From positions 1 to 61,572 of IMG/VR virus record IMGVR_UViG_3300025836_000010: DNA of 61,572 nt; one strand, 5' to 3'. The stretch comes from a virus. Its lineage: Duplodnaviria > Caudoviricetes. Numbering within the stretch: position 1 is the stretch's first letter; each line of letters opens with the position of its first letter. Both the position numbers and the translations under genes were made by a program. This document shows positions 33,573 to 42,947 of this stretch, piece by piece. Below the pieces are notes generated by a model. It was not told where the DNA came from. It saw only the letters and a list, made by a program, of their open reading frames with translations, and did not search any database.

Positions 33573-35378
33573 TCATACCTTCGTCGGTGGTACGTTGCTG
33601 TGGGCGATGAGTTCGGACCCCGCCCGCCAGTAGAGAGTCCCGGTTTCAGGGACAAAAGCACTTCCTCCTTGACGGACGTAGCCGGTCACGGTGGAACCGC
33701 TGAAATCGTTGTCTTCGCAACTGTAGAAGTAGTTGGCCCCATAGGCTTCGATGGAGTCGCAGCAGCCGCCATCGGTGCCAGTGTTGATAGCGACGCCTGC
33801 AACGCGGACGGAATCAATACTCGCCCACCCGAAGACGCAGCTGGTATCGACGGACGTATCTGTCTGATAAGCGTGCGAGAAGTCGACAGTCCCGCCAGTG
33901 ACGAGGATGTGGGGATCGTCGTTGTCCCCGTTGAAGTTGAAACAGGTCCCGCTCCACCTCCAGAACTCGCAGTCGCGTATCTCGATGTAGTGGCCCTGGT
34001 TGGACTCGAAGACGTTGGAATACTGCTGGCCCCACTCGGGGGTGCCTCCACCGCCGCCCTTGAAGAGGCAGTTTTCGTAGAGGTGCATGTTGTCGCCAGC
34101 GTTGAGGCTGAGTGGTTCAGCCATCGCGGGCTCGAAGGTGCAGCCGGTGAACTTGATGCGCGTGGCGGGACCGTAGGCTCCGTTCTGCTGTTCGTAGCCC
34201 ATGCGGGTGAAGGCGTTGGCCCCACCGTCGGGTGTGCCGAAGAGGCAGTCCGCGAAGGTGAGGTCGTTGACGAGGTCGTTGACGTTGTACCCGGTCGCCA
34301 CTTTGACGCAGTTGACGCCGAAGTCGACACCCTCGCCAACACCCGTGTTGTTGCTGAATGTGCAGTTGAGGAAAGTCATGCGCTCGTGCCTCTTCTCGCC
34401 GTTACCGAGTGAGAGCACGCCCCACGCTGTCCCCGTCATGGTCTGACAGGTAGCGGTGAAGGTGACCCCATCGAAGAGGATGTCGTCGGCGTTGTTGACG
34501 GGGTAGAGGCCGAAGATGGTGGAACTCGTATAGGTCGCCGTGGCGGGATCCCATGTCGCGTTGCTGGGTTCACCCCATTCCGAGCCGGTCTGAGCGATGA
34601 CAGAGTAGGCCACGGCGGTGCTGGTCCCGGTCGTGATGGTCGTCACCGGGTCGATGTAGAAGTCGGCCGCGTTCGACTCGACGCCACCGACGTAGACGCG
34701 GACGCGGTGGTAGGTGTCGGGGTAGCCGGCCTTGCCGGGGCTCATCGCCGGCACGGTGCAGGTGATCGAGGTGTTGCTCCACGAGACGTAGGAGGCAGCC
34801 TCTTTAGTGACGGGTGCCCAGCCCTGAATGTTGACCGGCTCCCCGAACGTGACCGTCGAAGTCCCTTGCGCCGCGCCGAACCCCGTGCCGGTAATGGTCA
34901 CTTCGTCGCCGATGTCGGCGTGGGATGCGGAGAGCGCGATATTGCCGCCGGGGGGCGGTGGCGCGGGTGATTCGATACTGGCGGCAAGGAGCAGGTTCGT
35001 GACGACGAACTTCGACCCGGCGGAGATGGTGTCCGTGGCCAGAACGAGGTCATCTCCGGTAGTAGGTGAGCACGTCCCTTGCAGAACGGTGTCCGAGTTG
35101 GAGGCCAGCACGCGGAAGTGCGTCACGGCGCTGGCGCTCCCGGTGCAATCAGGGTCGACCGCAGCCGTAGCCAGCGCCGCCTCGGCGGCGTAGTCGCCAG
35201 CTACGTAGGATGCAGCCCCGAAGGCGGGCGTCGAGAGCACGCACGTCGCCACCTCTGTGGCGGCAGCGTCATCGGCATGGGTCGGTTCCGAGCCCGTGTA
35301 GATGACAACGCTGCCGTCGTCGCAAAGGTCAGCTACGGCGTCGCAGGCGCCGGTTGCGGCAGCCTCGGACAGCTTCAT
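33573..35378 (-). CDS. tail protein: N-terminal anchor, IPT/TIG domain, parallel beta-helix (possible depolymerase/RBP)
   Basis: VTITGTGFG...VSWSNTSITCTVP (IPT/TIG); repeated F.NC.F/F.GC.F strands. Confidence 0.7.
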   Translation of the reverse strand: MKLSEAAATGACDAVADLCDDGSVVIYTGSEPTHADDAAATEVATCVLSTPAFGAASYVAGDYAAEAALATAAVDPDCTGSASAVTHFRVLASNSDTVLQGTCSPTTGDDLVLATDTISAGSKFVVTNLLLAASIESPAPPPPGGNIALSASHADIGDEVTITGTGFGAAQGTSTVTFGEPVNIQGWAPVTKEAASYVSWSNTSITCTVPAMSPGKAGYPDTYHRVRVYVGGVESNAADFYIDPVTTITTGTSTAVAYSVIAQTGSEWGEPSNATWDPATATYTSSTIFGLYPVNNADDILFDGVTFTATCQTMTGTAWGVLSLGNGEKRHERMTFLNCTFSNNTGVGEGVDFGVNCVKVATGYNVNDLVNDLTFADCLFGTPDGGANAFTRMGYEQQNGAYGPATRIKFTGCTFEPAMAEPLSLNAGDNMHLYENCLFKGGGGGTPEWGQQYSNVFESNQGHYIEIRDCEFWRWSGTCFNFNGDNDDPHILVTGGTVDFSHAYQTDTSVDTSCVFGWASIDSVRVAGVAINTGTDGGCCDSIEAYGANYFYSCEDNDFSGSTVTGYVRQGGSAFVPETGTLYWRAGSELIAHSNVPPTKV

Positions 35379-35383
35379 GTCGT

Positions 35384-35827
35384 TTACGCCTGGTCGATGG
35401 GCACGCTCACGGTGAGAGCGGTGATGTCGACCTGCGAGCCGGTGGCGATGATGGCGCTGTTGAGCACGAGATCGTCGCCCGCCGTTGCCGAGCAGGTACC
35501 TTGCAGGACTGCCGTGCCAGCAGCGTTGCCGAGACGGAAGTGGGTCACGGCTGAGGCGCTGCCGGTGGCGTGTAGGTCGGTAGCGGTCGACGTGAGAGCG
35601 GCGTCCGAGGTGTGCGTGCCACCGACGTAGGATGCAGCACCGAAGGCGGCCTCGGCCAGAGTACAGGTCGCGACTTCGGTCGCGGCGGCGTCGTTGCAGT
35701 GCGTCGGCTCGGTGCCGGTGTAGATGATGAGGAAACCGGGTGGTGTACCAGCGTCGATGAGGTCGACGATGGAGTTGCAGGCAGCGGTGGCTGCGACCTG
35801 GCTTACACGACAGTGATGGGCGGCCAT
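35384..35827 (-). CDS. structural protein, paralog of the N-terminus of 33573..35378
   Basis: IYTG.EPTH..DAAATEVATC...FGAASYV...SAVTHFR shared by both. Confidence 0.75.
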   Translation of the reverse strand: MAAHHCRVSQVAATAACNSIVDLIDAGTPPGFLIIYTGTEPTHCNDAAATEVATCTLAEAAFGAASYVGGTHTSDAALTSTATDLHATGSASAVTHFRLGNAAGTAVLQGTCSATAGDDLVLNSAIIATGSQVDITALTVSVPIDQA

Positions 35828-35952
35828 TACTTGTCACCTTCCTTTGAGTTGTCGGACTTCGGTGGCGTGACGATTCCCACGCCTTTCATCTTGACCTTGA
35901 GGCCCGTGAACACGATCACCGGGGCCTCTTTCTTCTGCGGCTTGTCTGCCAT
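35827..35952 (-). CDS. 41-aa small protein
   Basis: AGGAG SD; TAATG coupling. Confidence 0.55.
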   Translation of the reverse strand: MADKPQKKEAPVIVFTGLKVKMKGVGIVTPPKSDNSKEGDK

Positions 35953-35985
35953 ATCAGTCTCCTAGGGGTGGGGTGGGGGTGGTCA

Positions 35986-36714
35986 TTATGCGTACTTCCT
36001 TGCCGTCTCCAGGATCTCCGCGTAGGGGAAACCTGTGCCGGGATCGGTGTGGCCTCCGTAGATGTGGAACACCCGCGAGCACTGCCGATGCGTGGTGATG
36101 CCCTTCTCGTTGGCATGGAGTTGCTCATCGGTTAGGGCGCGGATCGGGATGTGGAGCTTCTTCGCCTTACGGGCAATCCACCAGGCCGTCCGGTCGAGCG
36201 TGCCGGCGGCGTACTTCTTCCACTCGGCCTCGGTCCAAGATGCCTTGCCCATCTGCTCGACATGCTCGCCGCTCGTATTGACGTAGGGCGCGCCCCACGG
36301 GATCACGGTGTCGTCGAGGTAGCTCTGGATCGAGTTGTTGTCGACGCCGGCGTTTGTCGAGCCGCCGGACTGCTTCATCTCGAAGTAGCGGCCGACGTCC
36401 TCGGCGGCTGTGAGGAAGGCTGCAACCTCCATGTCGTGCAGGACGATCTGGTGGACCACGGCGAGGGCGCGGTTCCCGCTGTGATGCACGGCGTCGTAGT
36501 CGTGCCTGACGGCGTACTGGGGCGCCGGATGGAACATCGCCCAGAGGGCGTTCTTCTCGGTGGTGCCGTGCCCGGTCTTGTGCTTGCTGACGCGCCAGGC
36601 GAGGGTCTTGGCATTGCCGCCCCAGGTCGCGGTCCTCCAGGTGACCGGCGGGATCTCGAGCTTGTTCGCCTTGGCGTAGGCGCGCATCTCGGCTTTGAGG
36701 ATGATGATGTTGAT
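35986..36714 (-). CDS. endolysin, N-acetylmuramoyl-L-alanine amidase (Amidase_2); probable ATC start (first ATG at 36687)
   Basis: IVLHDME, HVEQ, TTHR, GHTDPG..FP; AGGAGG SD 5 nt before the in-frame ATC. Confidence 0.8.
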   Translation of the reverse strand: MNIIILKAEMRAYAKANKLEIPPVTWRTATWGGNAKTLAWRVSKHKTGHGTTEKNALWAMFHPAPQYAVRHDYDAVHHSGNRALAVVHQIVLHDMEVAAFLTAAEDVGRYFEMKQSGGSTNAGVDNNSIQSYLDDTVIPWGAPYVNTSGEHVEQMGKASWTEAEWKKYAAGTLDRTAWWIARKAKKLHIPIRALTDEQLHANEKGITTHRQCSRVFHIYGGHTDPGTGFPYAEILETARKYA

Positions 36715-36723
36715 GGGTGCCTC

Positions 36724-37125
36724 CTAGTGGGCGAACTGGGTGATTAGCGAGACGACGGCGACGAGGGCCATGATGATCGCCGCAGCGCCGTAGAGGGTGG
36801 CCTTCTGACCTTCCCCACGACCCGTACCCTGCTCCGCGCGGGTACTGAGATCGCTGATCCGGTCGTCCTGCTGCGCGGATCGGGCCATGGCGAGGAGCTC
36901 CTGCTTGACCACGGCCTTTTCCGCCGCCGTGAGTGCCGTAACGTTCGCCTTATCCGCCGCCGCAAGGGCCGCCGAGGTGGCCGTTTCCATTGCCCTGAAG
37001 CGGTCATCGGTCCGCCGCCAGAGTTGATCGGTGGTCTCACGGACCTCAATCTTGAGCATGTCGACCGCCGTCGTGAGCGATGCCACGCGTGCGATTATCT
37101 GTTCTCTGAAGTCGTGCTCGGTCAT
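36724..37125 (-). CDS. coiled-coil protein with C-terminal TM helix (lysis-associated?)
   Basis: Directly upstream of the amidase; hydrophobic C-terminus. Confidence 0.7.
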   Translation of the reverse strand: MTEHDFREQIIARVASLTTAVDMLKIEVRETTDQLWRRTDDRFRAMETATSAALAAADKANVTALTAAEKAVVKQELLAMARSAQQDDRISDLSTRAEQGTGRGEGQKATLYGAAAIIMALVAVVSLITQFAH

Positions 37126-37223
37126 CGCGTACCCTTGCTTTGTGGTGTGTGGAAAGTGCGGCCCCCGCCCGGTATCAGCGGACGGGGGCCGGAGCGCGAG
37201 GGGGAACCGCGCGGTCGAAAGTC

Positions 37224-37640
37224 TTACGGCATACGCTTCAGGTGCAGCTCGAACTTCGCGATGTGGCGCAGTTTGTAGAGCTCGTCGAACTTGATTTCAG
37301 GTTCCGATGACGGCCCGACGGTGAACGTCTGACCGCTTGGCTCCCCGTCCGGTTGCCACGTCAGCGTACCGCCCGCGATGCACTGCGCCTTGATGAGCAC
37401 CAGCGTGTCATAGAGGTCGTCGGCGGGCGTGCCGCCGGTCCCCTTGACCGTCATGGGGAGCACCACGTCAATGAGCGGCTGATGCACGTCCACCTGCCGA
37501 ATGCTTCCGGTGTAGGAGCGCACCTCATCGAACTCCGTGCGCTTGTAGCCGAGGTCGACGCCGTAGTCGACGAAGGTCTTTGAGCGGTCATTCAGGTTGA
37601 GCGGCGTCCCGGTGCCGAGCGTGCATACGTCAGCCATCAA
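37224..37640 (-). CDS. distal-tail (Dit)-like protein
   Basis: Size, position, GTLTWQPDG pattern. Confidence 0.5.
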   Translation of the reverse strand: MMADVCTLGTGTPLNLNDRSKTFVDYGVDLGYKRTEFDEVRSYTGSIRQVDVHQPLIDVVLPMTVKGTGGTPADDLYDTLVLIKAQCIAGGTLTWQPDGEPSGQTFTVGPSSEPEIKFDELYKLRHIAKFELHLKRMP

Positions 37641-40633
37641 TCCCCCCTTTGGAGCATGTAGCGCATCGGCGGCCCCTTGGCGGCCGAAGAGTTTGCCGGC
37701 ACTGCGGAGTTCGGCTGGCCAGGGCTGCTAGCGAACCGATCCTCAAAGCCAGTCCCGCCCAGTGACAGGGTGACGCTGTCGCCGTCCACGTCCGCGGATA
37801 GCGAAGTGACGATGCCCCCGGAGACGTCCCCGCAGTTGACGCTGCTGCCGACCGGGGTCGCCCCCGCCCGCGCGTAGCCGAGCAGGGTGATGGTCCCTTC
37901 CCACTGCGGGCCGTGGCCGCCGCGCTGGTCTATGAGTGACTGGGCGATCTCGGCGGCGCAGTCGGCGTCGCAGGCGATGTGCGATGCGTCGATAAGCCCG
38001 CTCATCTCAGCCGGACTCGTCACGCCGTCGCCGTTCATGTCGAAGGTCAGGCTGTAGGGCACCCATGCGGCCAGCACGCGGCGGTCGTCAAGCTCGCCCG
38101 TCGAGTCCGAATAGATGACGGTGGCCGTGTCAATTACGCCGTCGTTCTTGATGGCCGCCGCCACGGTGACGCCGGGTATGTCGGCATCAAAGCTCACGCT
38201 GCCCCGGTCGGTCGTGCAGAAGAAGTCGGGGTCCCATCCCCAGTACAGCGGGTCGGGTGACATGCCGACAAGTTGCTCGATGCCGGCGAGCTTGGTCGTG
38301 TACGGCTCGATCTTGAGGGTCGGCTTGCCGGTCAGGGTGACGGGGCTGATGTCACCGCCACCGACCACGGCCCCGATGGCCCACGCGAGGTCATTGCCGC
38401 CCGGGTAACCGTTCGCCAGGATCTCCACGTCGCGCAGTTCGCAGAACTGTCCAGATTCGGTATACAGGGTGTTGAGCGCGTACCACTCGCTCCACACGAG
38501 GTGGTCGAGGCCCGCGTCGTACAGGGCGTTGAACGGCACCGGAAGCTGGATGACCACGTAGCTGGAGTAGAAGACGAGGAACTTGTTGTCACAGGTCAAG
38601 TCGATGGCCTCTTCTTCGGCGGGCGTGGCGATGACGGCGTGGCCCATCTCGTCGTATTCGATGAAGCCCTCGTCGTCGACCGCGTAGACCACGGGGTCGG
38701 TATGACTGCGCGGCTCGAACAGGTGCAGGCGGTGCGGGTCGTCAAGCATCGCCACCGGATCCTTGATCGGCAGGTCGCGCGGATCGTCGCAGGCATAGAC
38801 GGCCGCCCACATGGAGCCGGGCGGGGCGTCGAGGTGGTAGAACTCAGTCCACATATTGAGCGTGGAATAGGTCGAGAAGCGGTGGCCGTAATCGGGGTCC
38901 GCGGCGCCCTGCGGGTCGTTGAGGTTGTCGATGGTCTTCGCGTCCTCGATCGGCGTCCGCAGGTCATACCGCGCCTGCGCCTTCAGGCCCGTGATGCGGT
39001 CCGCGGTCAGCCCGTCCTGAATGTGGTAGTAGTGCGCCGACCAGAGGATTTTCGCCGGCGGGCAGTCGGCGGCGTAGTCGGCGTCGGCGGGCGCCAGCTC
39101 ATGCCACGTCGCGCCGCCGTCAGTCGACAGGTAGAGCCTGCCACCGTAGGCCGCGACCATTAGCACGGAGCCGTCAGAGTCTGAGGTGCAGCTACGCCAG
39201 TTCCTGTCCACGGACCCGGCGGGCGTCATCTCTGTCCAGCTTGACCCGCTGTTGGTCGAACGGTAGAGCCTGCCTCCGTATGTCCCCGCTAGCAGGACTG
39301 AGCCGTCGGCATCCACGGCGCAACTGCGCCAGTGCTTGCTGACGTCCCCGGCGGGCCTGGTTTCGGCCCAGCTAGAGCCGCCGTTGGTAGACAGCCAGAG
39401 ACGGGCGCCGCTTGCCGGCACGCTGCCGCCGTAATCGCCCGCCAGCAATACCGCGCCGTTGGCGCTTACGGCACAACCGCGCCAGTCCTGATCCGTGACC
39501 CCGGCGGGCGTCTGCTGCGTCCATGTCGTGCCGCTGTTTGTCGAGAGCCAGAGGCGGCCATCGTGGACTCCTGCAAGCAAGACGGCTCCGTCGGCGCTGG
39601 CCGATCCGCTGCGCCAGTGCTGGTTCGTGTCGCCGGCAGGCCGGGCCTCCGTCCAGTTCACGCCGCCGTCGGTCGAGATGTAAAGGCGCCCGCCAGCCCC
39701 TGTTTCGCTGCCGAAGTCCCCCGCCAAAAGCACGGAACCATCCGAGTCGCAGGCGCAGACTTGCCAACCCTTGTTCGCGCTTCCTGCGGGCCGCACCTCG
39801 GCCCAGTCCGCTCCGCTGTTTGACGTGAGGTAGAGGCGGCCCCGGTTGACTCCAGCCAGAAGTACCGAGCCGTCGGAGTCGGAGGCGCAGGTGCGCCACA
39901 GTCTGTCCGCGTTCCCAGCAGGAGTCTGCCTGGTCCACGTCGTGCCGCCGTCGACGGAAAGGTAGAGGCGACCGCCGTAGGCGCCGGCCAGAAGTACCGA
40001 GCCGTCGGAGTCGGACGCCGTGACCATCCAGTTCTTGTTCGCGGCCGAGACGGGCGGGGAGTTCCCAATGTAATCCCCCGCCAGGCCCTGGTACTTGTAG
40101 GCGCCGTCGATGCTGCTCTGGTCGGTCGCCAGTGCATCGACGTCGCTCGACTGGAAGCGCAGTCCTGCGTCCACGGCCTGCGTGATCTCGAAACCGTTGG
40201 CCGCCGCGTCCCAGTGCTGGCAGTCGAGTTGTTTCCATGCACCGAGGTCGCGGTCGTTGCCCATCCATGCGAAGTCCTCGGCGGTGCCGAACCCCCGCGC
40301 CGGTCCCTCGCCGACGACCTCGTAAGCGACGTTCTCGCCGGTGTAGGCGATGTCCGGCGTGTTGACGACCGTTCCCGAGTACAGCGTCTCGCCGTAGGCT
40401 GTGATGAGGATCGCGTCATCGTAGCTCGGCGGGGTCGCGGGCGGGCGCAGGCGGAAGGAGCAGGCGCCGAAGCCGCCGGACGTGTTGACGTCGTAGGTCA
40501 GGTTCTCGGCATAGGCGGTGTAATCGGTGCCGCCCACGGTGACGTTGATCTGGCCGATGAGCGTATGGACCGCGTTGGTGAGAGAACCCGACGCCGGGGC
40601 GGCAGGCGCACTTACGACGGTGAAGTCGGTCAC
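37637..40633 (-). CDS. baseplate hub/Tal-like protein with inserted 7-blade BNR/Asp-box propeller
   Basis: N-terminal GGFGACSF hub-like region; seven DSDGSVLLAG...RLYLSTDGG..W repeats. Confidence 0.75.
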   Translation of the reverse strand: MTDFTVVSAPAAPASGSLTNAVHTLIGQINVTVGGTDYTAYAENLTYDVNTSGGFGACSFRLRPPATPPSYDDAILITAYGETLYSGTVVNTPDIAYTGENVAYEVVGEGPARGFGTAEDFAWMGNDRDLGAWKQLDCQHWDAAANGFEITQAVDAGLRFQSSDVDALATDQSSIDGAYKYQGLAGDYIGNSPPVSAANKNWMVTASDSDGSVLLAGAYGGRLYLSVDGGTTWTRQTPAGNADRLWRTCASDSDGSVLLAGVNRGRLYLTSNSGADWAEVRPAGSANKGWQVCACDSDGSVLLAGDFGSETGAGGRLYISTDGGVNWTEARPAGDTNQHWRSGSASADGAVLLAGVHDGRLWLSTNSGTTWTQQTPAGVTDQDWRGCAVSANGAVLLAGDYGGSVPASGARLWLSTNGGSSWAETRPAGDVSKHWRSCAVDADGSVLLAGTYGGRLYRSTNSGSSWTEMTPAGSVDRNWRSCTSDSDGSVLMVAAYGGRLYLSTDGGATWHELAPADADYAADCPPAKILWSAHYYHIQDGLTADRITGLKAQARYDLRTPIEDAKTIDNLNDPQGAADPDYGHRFSTYSTLNMWTEFYHLDAPPGSMWAAVYACDDPRDLPIKDPVAMLDDPHRLHLFEPRSHTDPVVYAVDDEGFIEYDEMGHAVIATPAEEEAIDLTCDNKFLVFYSSYVVIQLPVPFNALYDAGLDHLVWSEWYALNTLYTESGQFCELRDVEILANGYPGGNDLAWAIGAVVGGGDISPVTLTGKPTLKIEPYTTKLAGIEQLVGMSPDPLYWGWDPDFFCTTDRGSVSFDADIPGVTVAAAIKNDGVIDTATVIYSDSTGELDDRRVLAAWVPYSLTFDMNGDGVTSPAEMSGLIDASHIACDADCAAEIAQSLIDQRGGHGPQWEGTITLLGYARAGATPVGSSVNCGDVSGGIVTSLSADVDGDSVTLSLGGTGFEDRFASSPGQPNSAVPANSSAAKGPPMRYMLQRGD

Positions 40634-40884
40634 GACTGCACGCTGCCTGCCGGATGCGTGACGGTAATTACCCCACTCGTCGCCCCCACCGGCACCTTGG
40701 CACTGATCGTGGTGTTACTGACGACGCTCCACGCGGTCGCTGCCGTGCCGTGGAAGGAGAGCGCCGTCGCGCCGATGAAGCCGGTCCCGGTGATGGTCAC
40801 TGTGTGGCCGACCAGAGCCGAGGCCGGTGCGAAGCCCGTTATGGTCGGCGCGTTGCCGCCGCGCAGGAGGGAGAACAGGCTCAA
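40630..40884 (-). CDS. IPT/TIG-domain small protein
   Basis: PTITGFAP...VTITGTGF...VVSNTTISAKVP.GATSG.ITVT. Confidence 0.8.
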   Translation of the reverse strand: MSLFSLLRGGNAPTITGFAPASALVGHTVTITGTGFIGATALSFHGTAATAWSVVSNTTISAKVPVGATSGVITVTHPAGSVQS

Positions 40885-41382
40885 TCAGACTTCCCATCCC
40901 TCGGCATAGACACTGCCCGTGAAGCCGCTGCCGCTGGTGTACTTGAGGATGTTGTCGGCGGTGGCCGAGGTGTAAGGCATGTCCAGTTGCCAGATTGCCA
41001 GCCATGTGCCACCGATGGCCATTGTGATGATGGGGGTGATGACCGTGTTGCCGCTGTCGGTGGAATCGAAGAAGTCAACGTCGCCCGCGGTCTTGCAGGA
41101 GACGACGAGCTTGGTCAGGACGAACTTCGTGCCGGCAGTCGGGTCCCAGATGGTAACGCCGGTCTGAGATGCCGTCAGGGCGACGCGCTTACTCACGCGA
41201 GTCTTGCCGTTGGCGGCTATCTTCACGGAGCCGATCTCAACGTCGGGGTTCGCCGTGAGCTTGCCGATGGCCGCTGTGCTGGCAACCAGTTCGGCGTGCT
41301 CGGTGTGGACGCCGCCGGTGTCGGTCGTTGCGACGGTCTTGCTGACGCCAGCGCCGTCCAGAATCGAGATGTTATTAGCGAT
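40885..41382 (-). CDS. virion beta-sandwich protein; probable ATC start (ORF track starts at GTG 41226)
   Basis: GGAGGTG SD 7 nt before an in-frame ATC; 52 extra open codons (ANNISILDGAG...). Confidence 0.65.
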   Translation of the reverse strand: MANNISILDGAGVSKTVATTDTGGVHTEHAELVASTAAIGKLTANPDVEIGSVKIAANGKTRVSKRVALTASQTGVTIWDPTAGTKFVLTKLVVSCKTAGDVDFFDSTDSGNTVITPIITMAIGGTWLAIWQLDMPYTSATADNILKYTSGSGFTGSVYAEGWEV

Positions 41383-41414
41383 GGTAGCTCACCTCCCGGT
41401 GGCGTTGGTGGTCA

Positions 41415-42947
41415 TCATGCCGCCGTCGCGATGTTCGACGGCGCGGAGATGTTCAGGTCTTTGTCGATGGCGGCCATGCGATAACTGCGCGGGCCGGTCG
41501 TGGGATCAGGCCAGCTAGTCACGGGGTCGCCCGCCGCGTCCCTTGCCCAGACGACGGCCTTGGGCTGCGACTGATTACTGTCGTAGACGAGGTAGGCGAG
41601 CAGGCGCGTGGGGTCGGCCTTGCTGCTCGGGGTCCAGGTCCAGCCGCCGCCGCCGGGGCCGGGGGCTACCCCGCCCCCGTAGAGGAAGAGGCGGCCGCCG
41701 ACAACTCCCGCCAACAGCACCGAACCGTCGGCGTTCACGGCGCAGCAGTACCATTCTTTATACCCGAGCGCGGGAGGATACGTCTCGGCCCAGCTTGAGC
41801 CGCCGTTCGTGGAGAGGTAGACATGGCCGCCGGTGTAACTCCCCGCCAACAGCACCGAACCGTCGGCGCTCACGGCGCAAGTGTGCCAATACTGGTTTAT
41901 GTTCCCGGAAGTCTCAGCCCAGCTTGAGCCGCCGTTCGTGGAGAGGTAGAGGAGGCCCCATTCGACCCCCGCCAGCAGCACCGAGCCGTCGGAATCACAA
42001 GCACAGGCGATCCACCCCTTACTCACGTCCCCGGCAGGCTGCATCTCGGCCCAACTCGAGCCGCCGTTCGTGGAGAGATAGAGACGGCCGGTGCTGACTC
42101 CCGCCAACAGCACCGAGCCGTCGGAATCACAGGCGCAGGAGTACCACCACGTATCCACGTTCCCGGCAGGCTGCGTCTCAGCCCAGCTTGAGCCGCCGTT
42201 CGTGGAGAGATAGAGACGACCGCCGGAGACCCCCGCCAACAGAACCAGACCGTCGGCGCTCACGGCGCAGGAACGCCAAGACGCATCCTTCCTGATAGGC
42301 TTCGTCTCGGCCCAACTCGTGCCGCCATTGGTGGAGAGCCAGAGGCGGCCGGGGAAGGCCCCCGCCAACAGCACCAGACCGTCGGCGCTCACGGCGCAAG
42401 TGAGCCAGTCCCCAGACACCCCGTCAGGTCGGGCATCGGCCCAGCTTGAGCCGCCGTTCGTGGAGAGGTAGAGACTGCCGCCGGTGTAACTCCCCGCCAA
42501 CAGCACCGAACCGTCGGCGCTCACGGCGCAAGTGTTCCAATACTGGTTTATGTCCCCGACAGGCTGCGTCTCGGCCCAGGTTCCAGCCACTGCCGGCGTC
42601 TCCGCCGCTCCCGCAGCAAGGCCCCCCGGCACAGTCGGCGGAATCCGGTCCACCGGCGGCGAATGCGGCGTCGCAACCGTGAACTTCGGCCCCACAGCCG
42701 TCAGCGTCGTCTCGGCCGCGTCATCCGCCCCCTGCACGCTGTAGTGGTAGACGCGGCTCGGCTGGACGGCGTTGTCGATGTACGCTTCGGCCTCAGTCTT
42801 GCCGACGACCCTCGCGTCGCTGCCGTTACCCATGAGGCCGCGAGACACGACGAAGTGGTGATAGGGGCGGCTGTCGTCAGCGCGGAAGGTCGGGCCGAGT
42901 TGCCCGTCCCAGGCGATCATCACGCGGTCGTAGCGTGCCCACTGCAT
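41415..42947 (-). CDS. tail protein: FN3 domains with inserted 7-blade BNR/Asp-box propeller
   Basis: Seven CAVSADGSVLLAG...LYLSTNGGSSW repeats between PPTVPGGL and WTPS...YRMAAID..NISAPSN. Confidence 0.75.
   Translation of the reverse strand: MQWARYDRVMIAWDGQLGPTFRADDSRPYHHFVVSRGLMGNGSDARVVGKTEAEAYIDNAVQPSRVYHYSVQGADDAAETTLTAVGPKFTVATPHSPPVDRIPPTVPGGLAAGAAETPAVAGTWAETQPVGDINQYWNTCAVSADGSVLLAGSYTGGSLYLSTNGGSSWADARPDGVSGDWLTCAVSADGLVLLAGAFPGRLWLSTNGGTSWAETKPIRKDASWRSCAVSADGLVLLAGVSGGRLYLSTNGGSSWAETQPAGNVDTWWYSCACDSDGSVLLAGVSTGRLYLSTNGGSSWAEMQPAGDVSKGWIACACDSDGSVLLAGVEWGLLYLSTNGGSSWAETSGNINQYWHTCAVSADGSVLLAGSYTGGHVYLSTNGGSSWAETYPPALGYKEWYCCAVNADGSVLLAGVVGGRLFLYGGGVAPGPGGGGWTWTPSSKADPTRLLAYLVYDSNQSQPKAVVWARDAAGDPVTSWPDPTTGPRSYRMAAIDKDLNISAPSNIATAA

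Noticed and set aside
26992-41391. Genome-wide stop-codon reassignment suggested by three in-frame stops
   Set aside because: TAG and TGA terminate many well-defined genes with coupled downstream starts, and no suppressor tRNA is present.
39100-42580. Regularly spaced repeats resembling a CRISPR array
   Set aside because: The period is ~130 bp, the repeats are in frame within long ORFs and encode propeller blades, and there are no unique spacers or cas operon.
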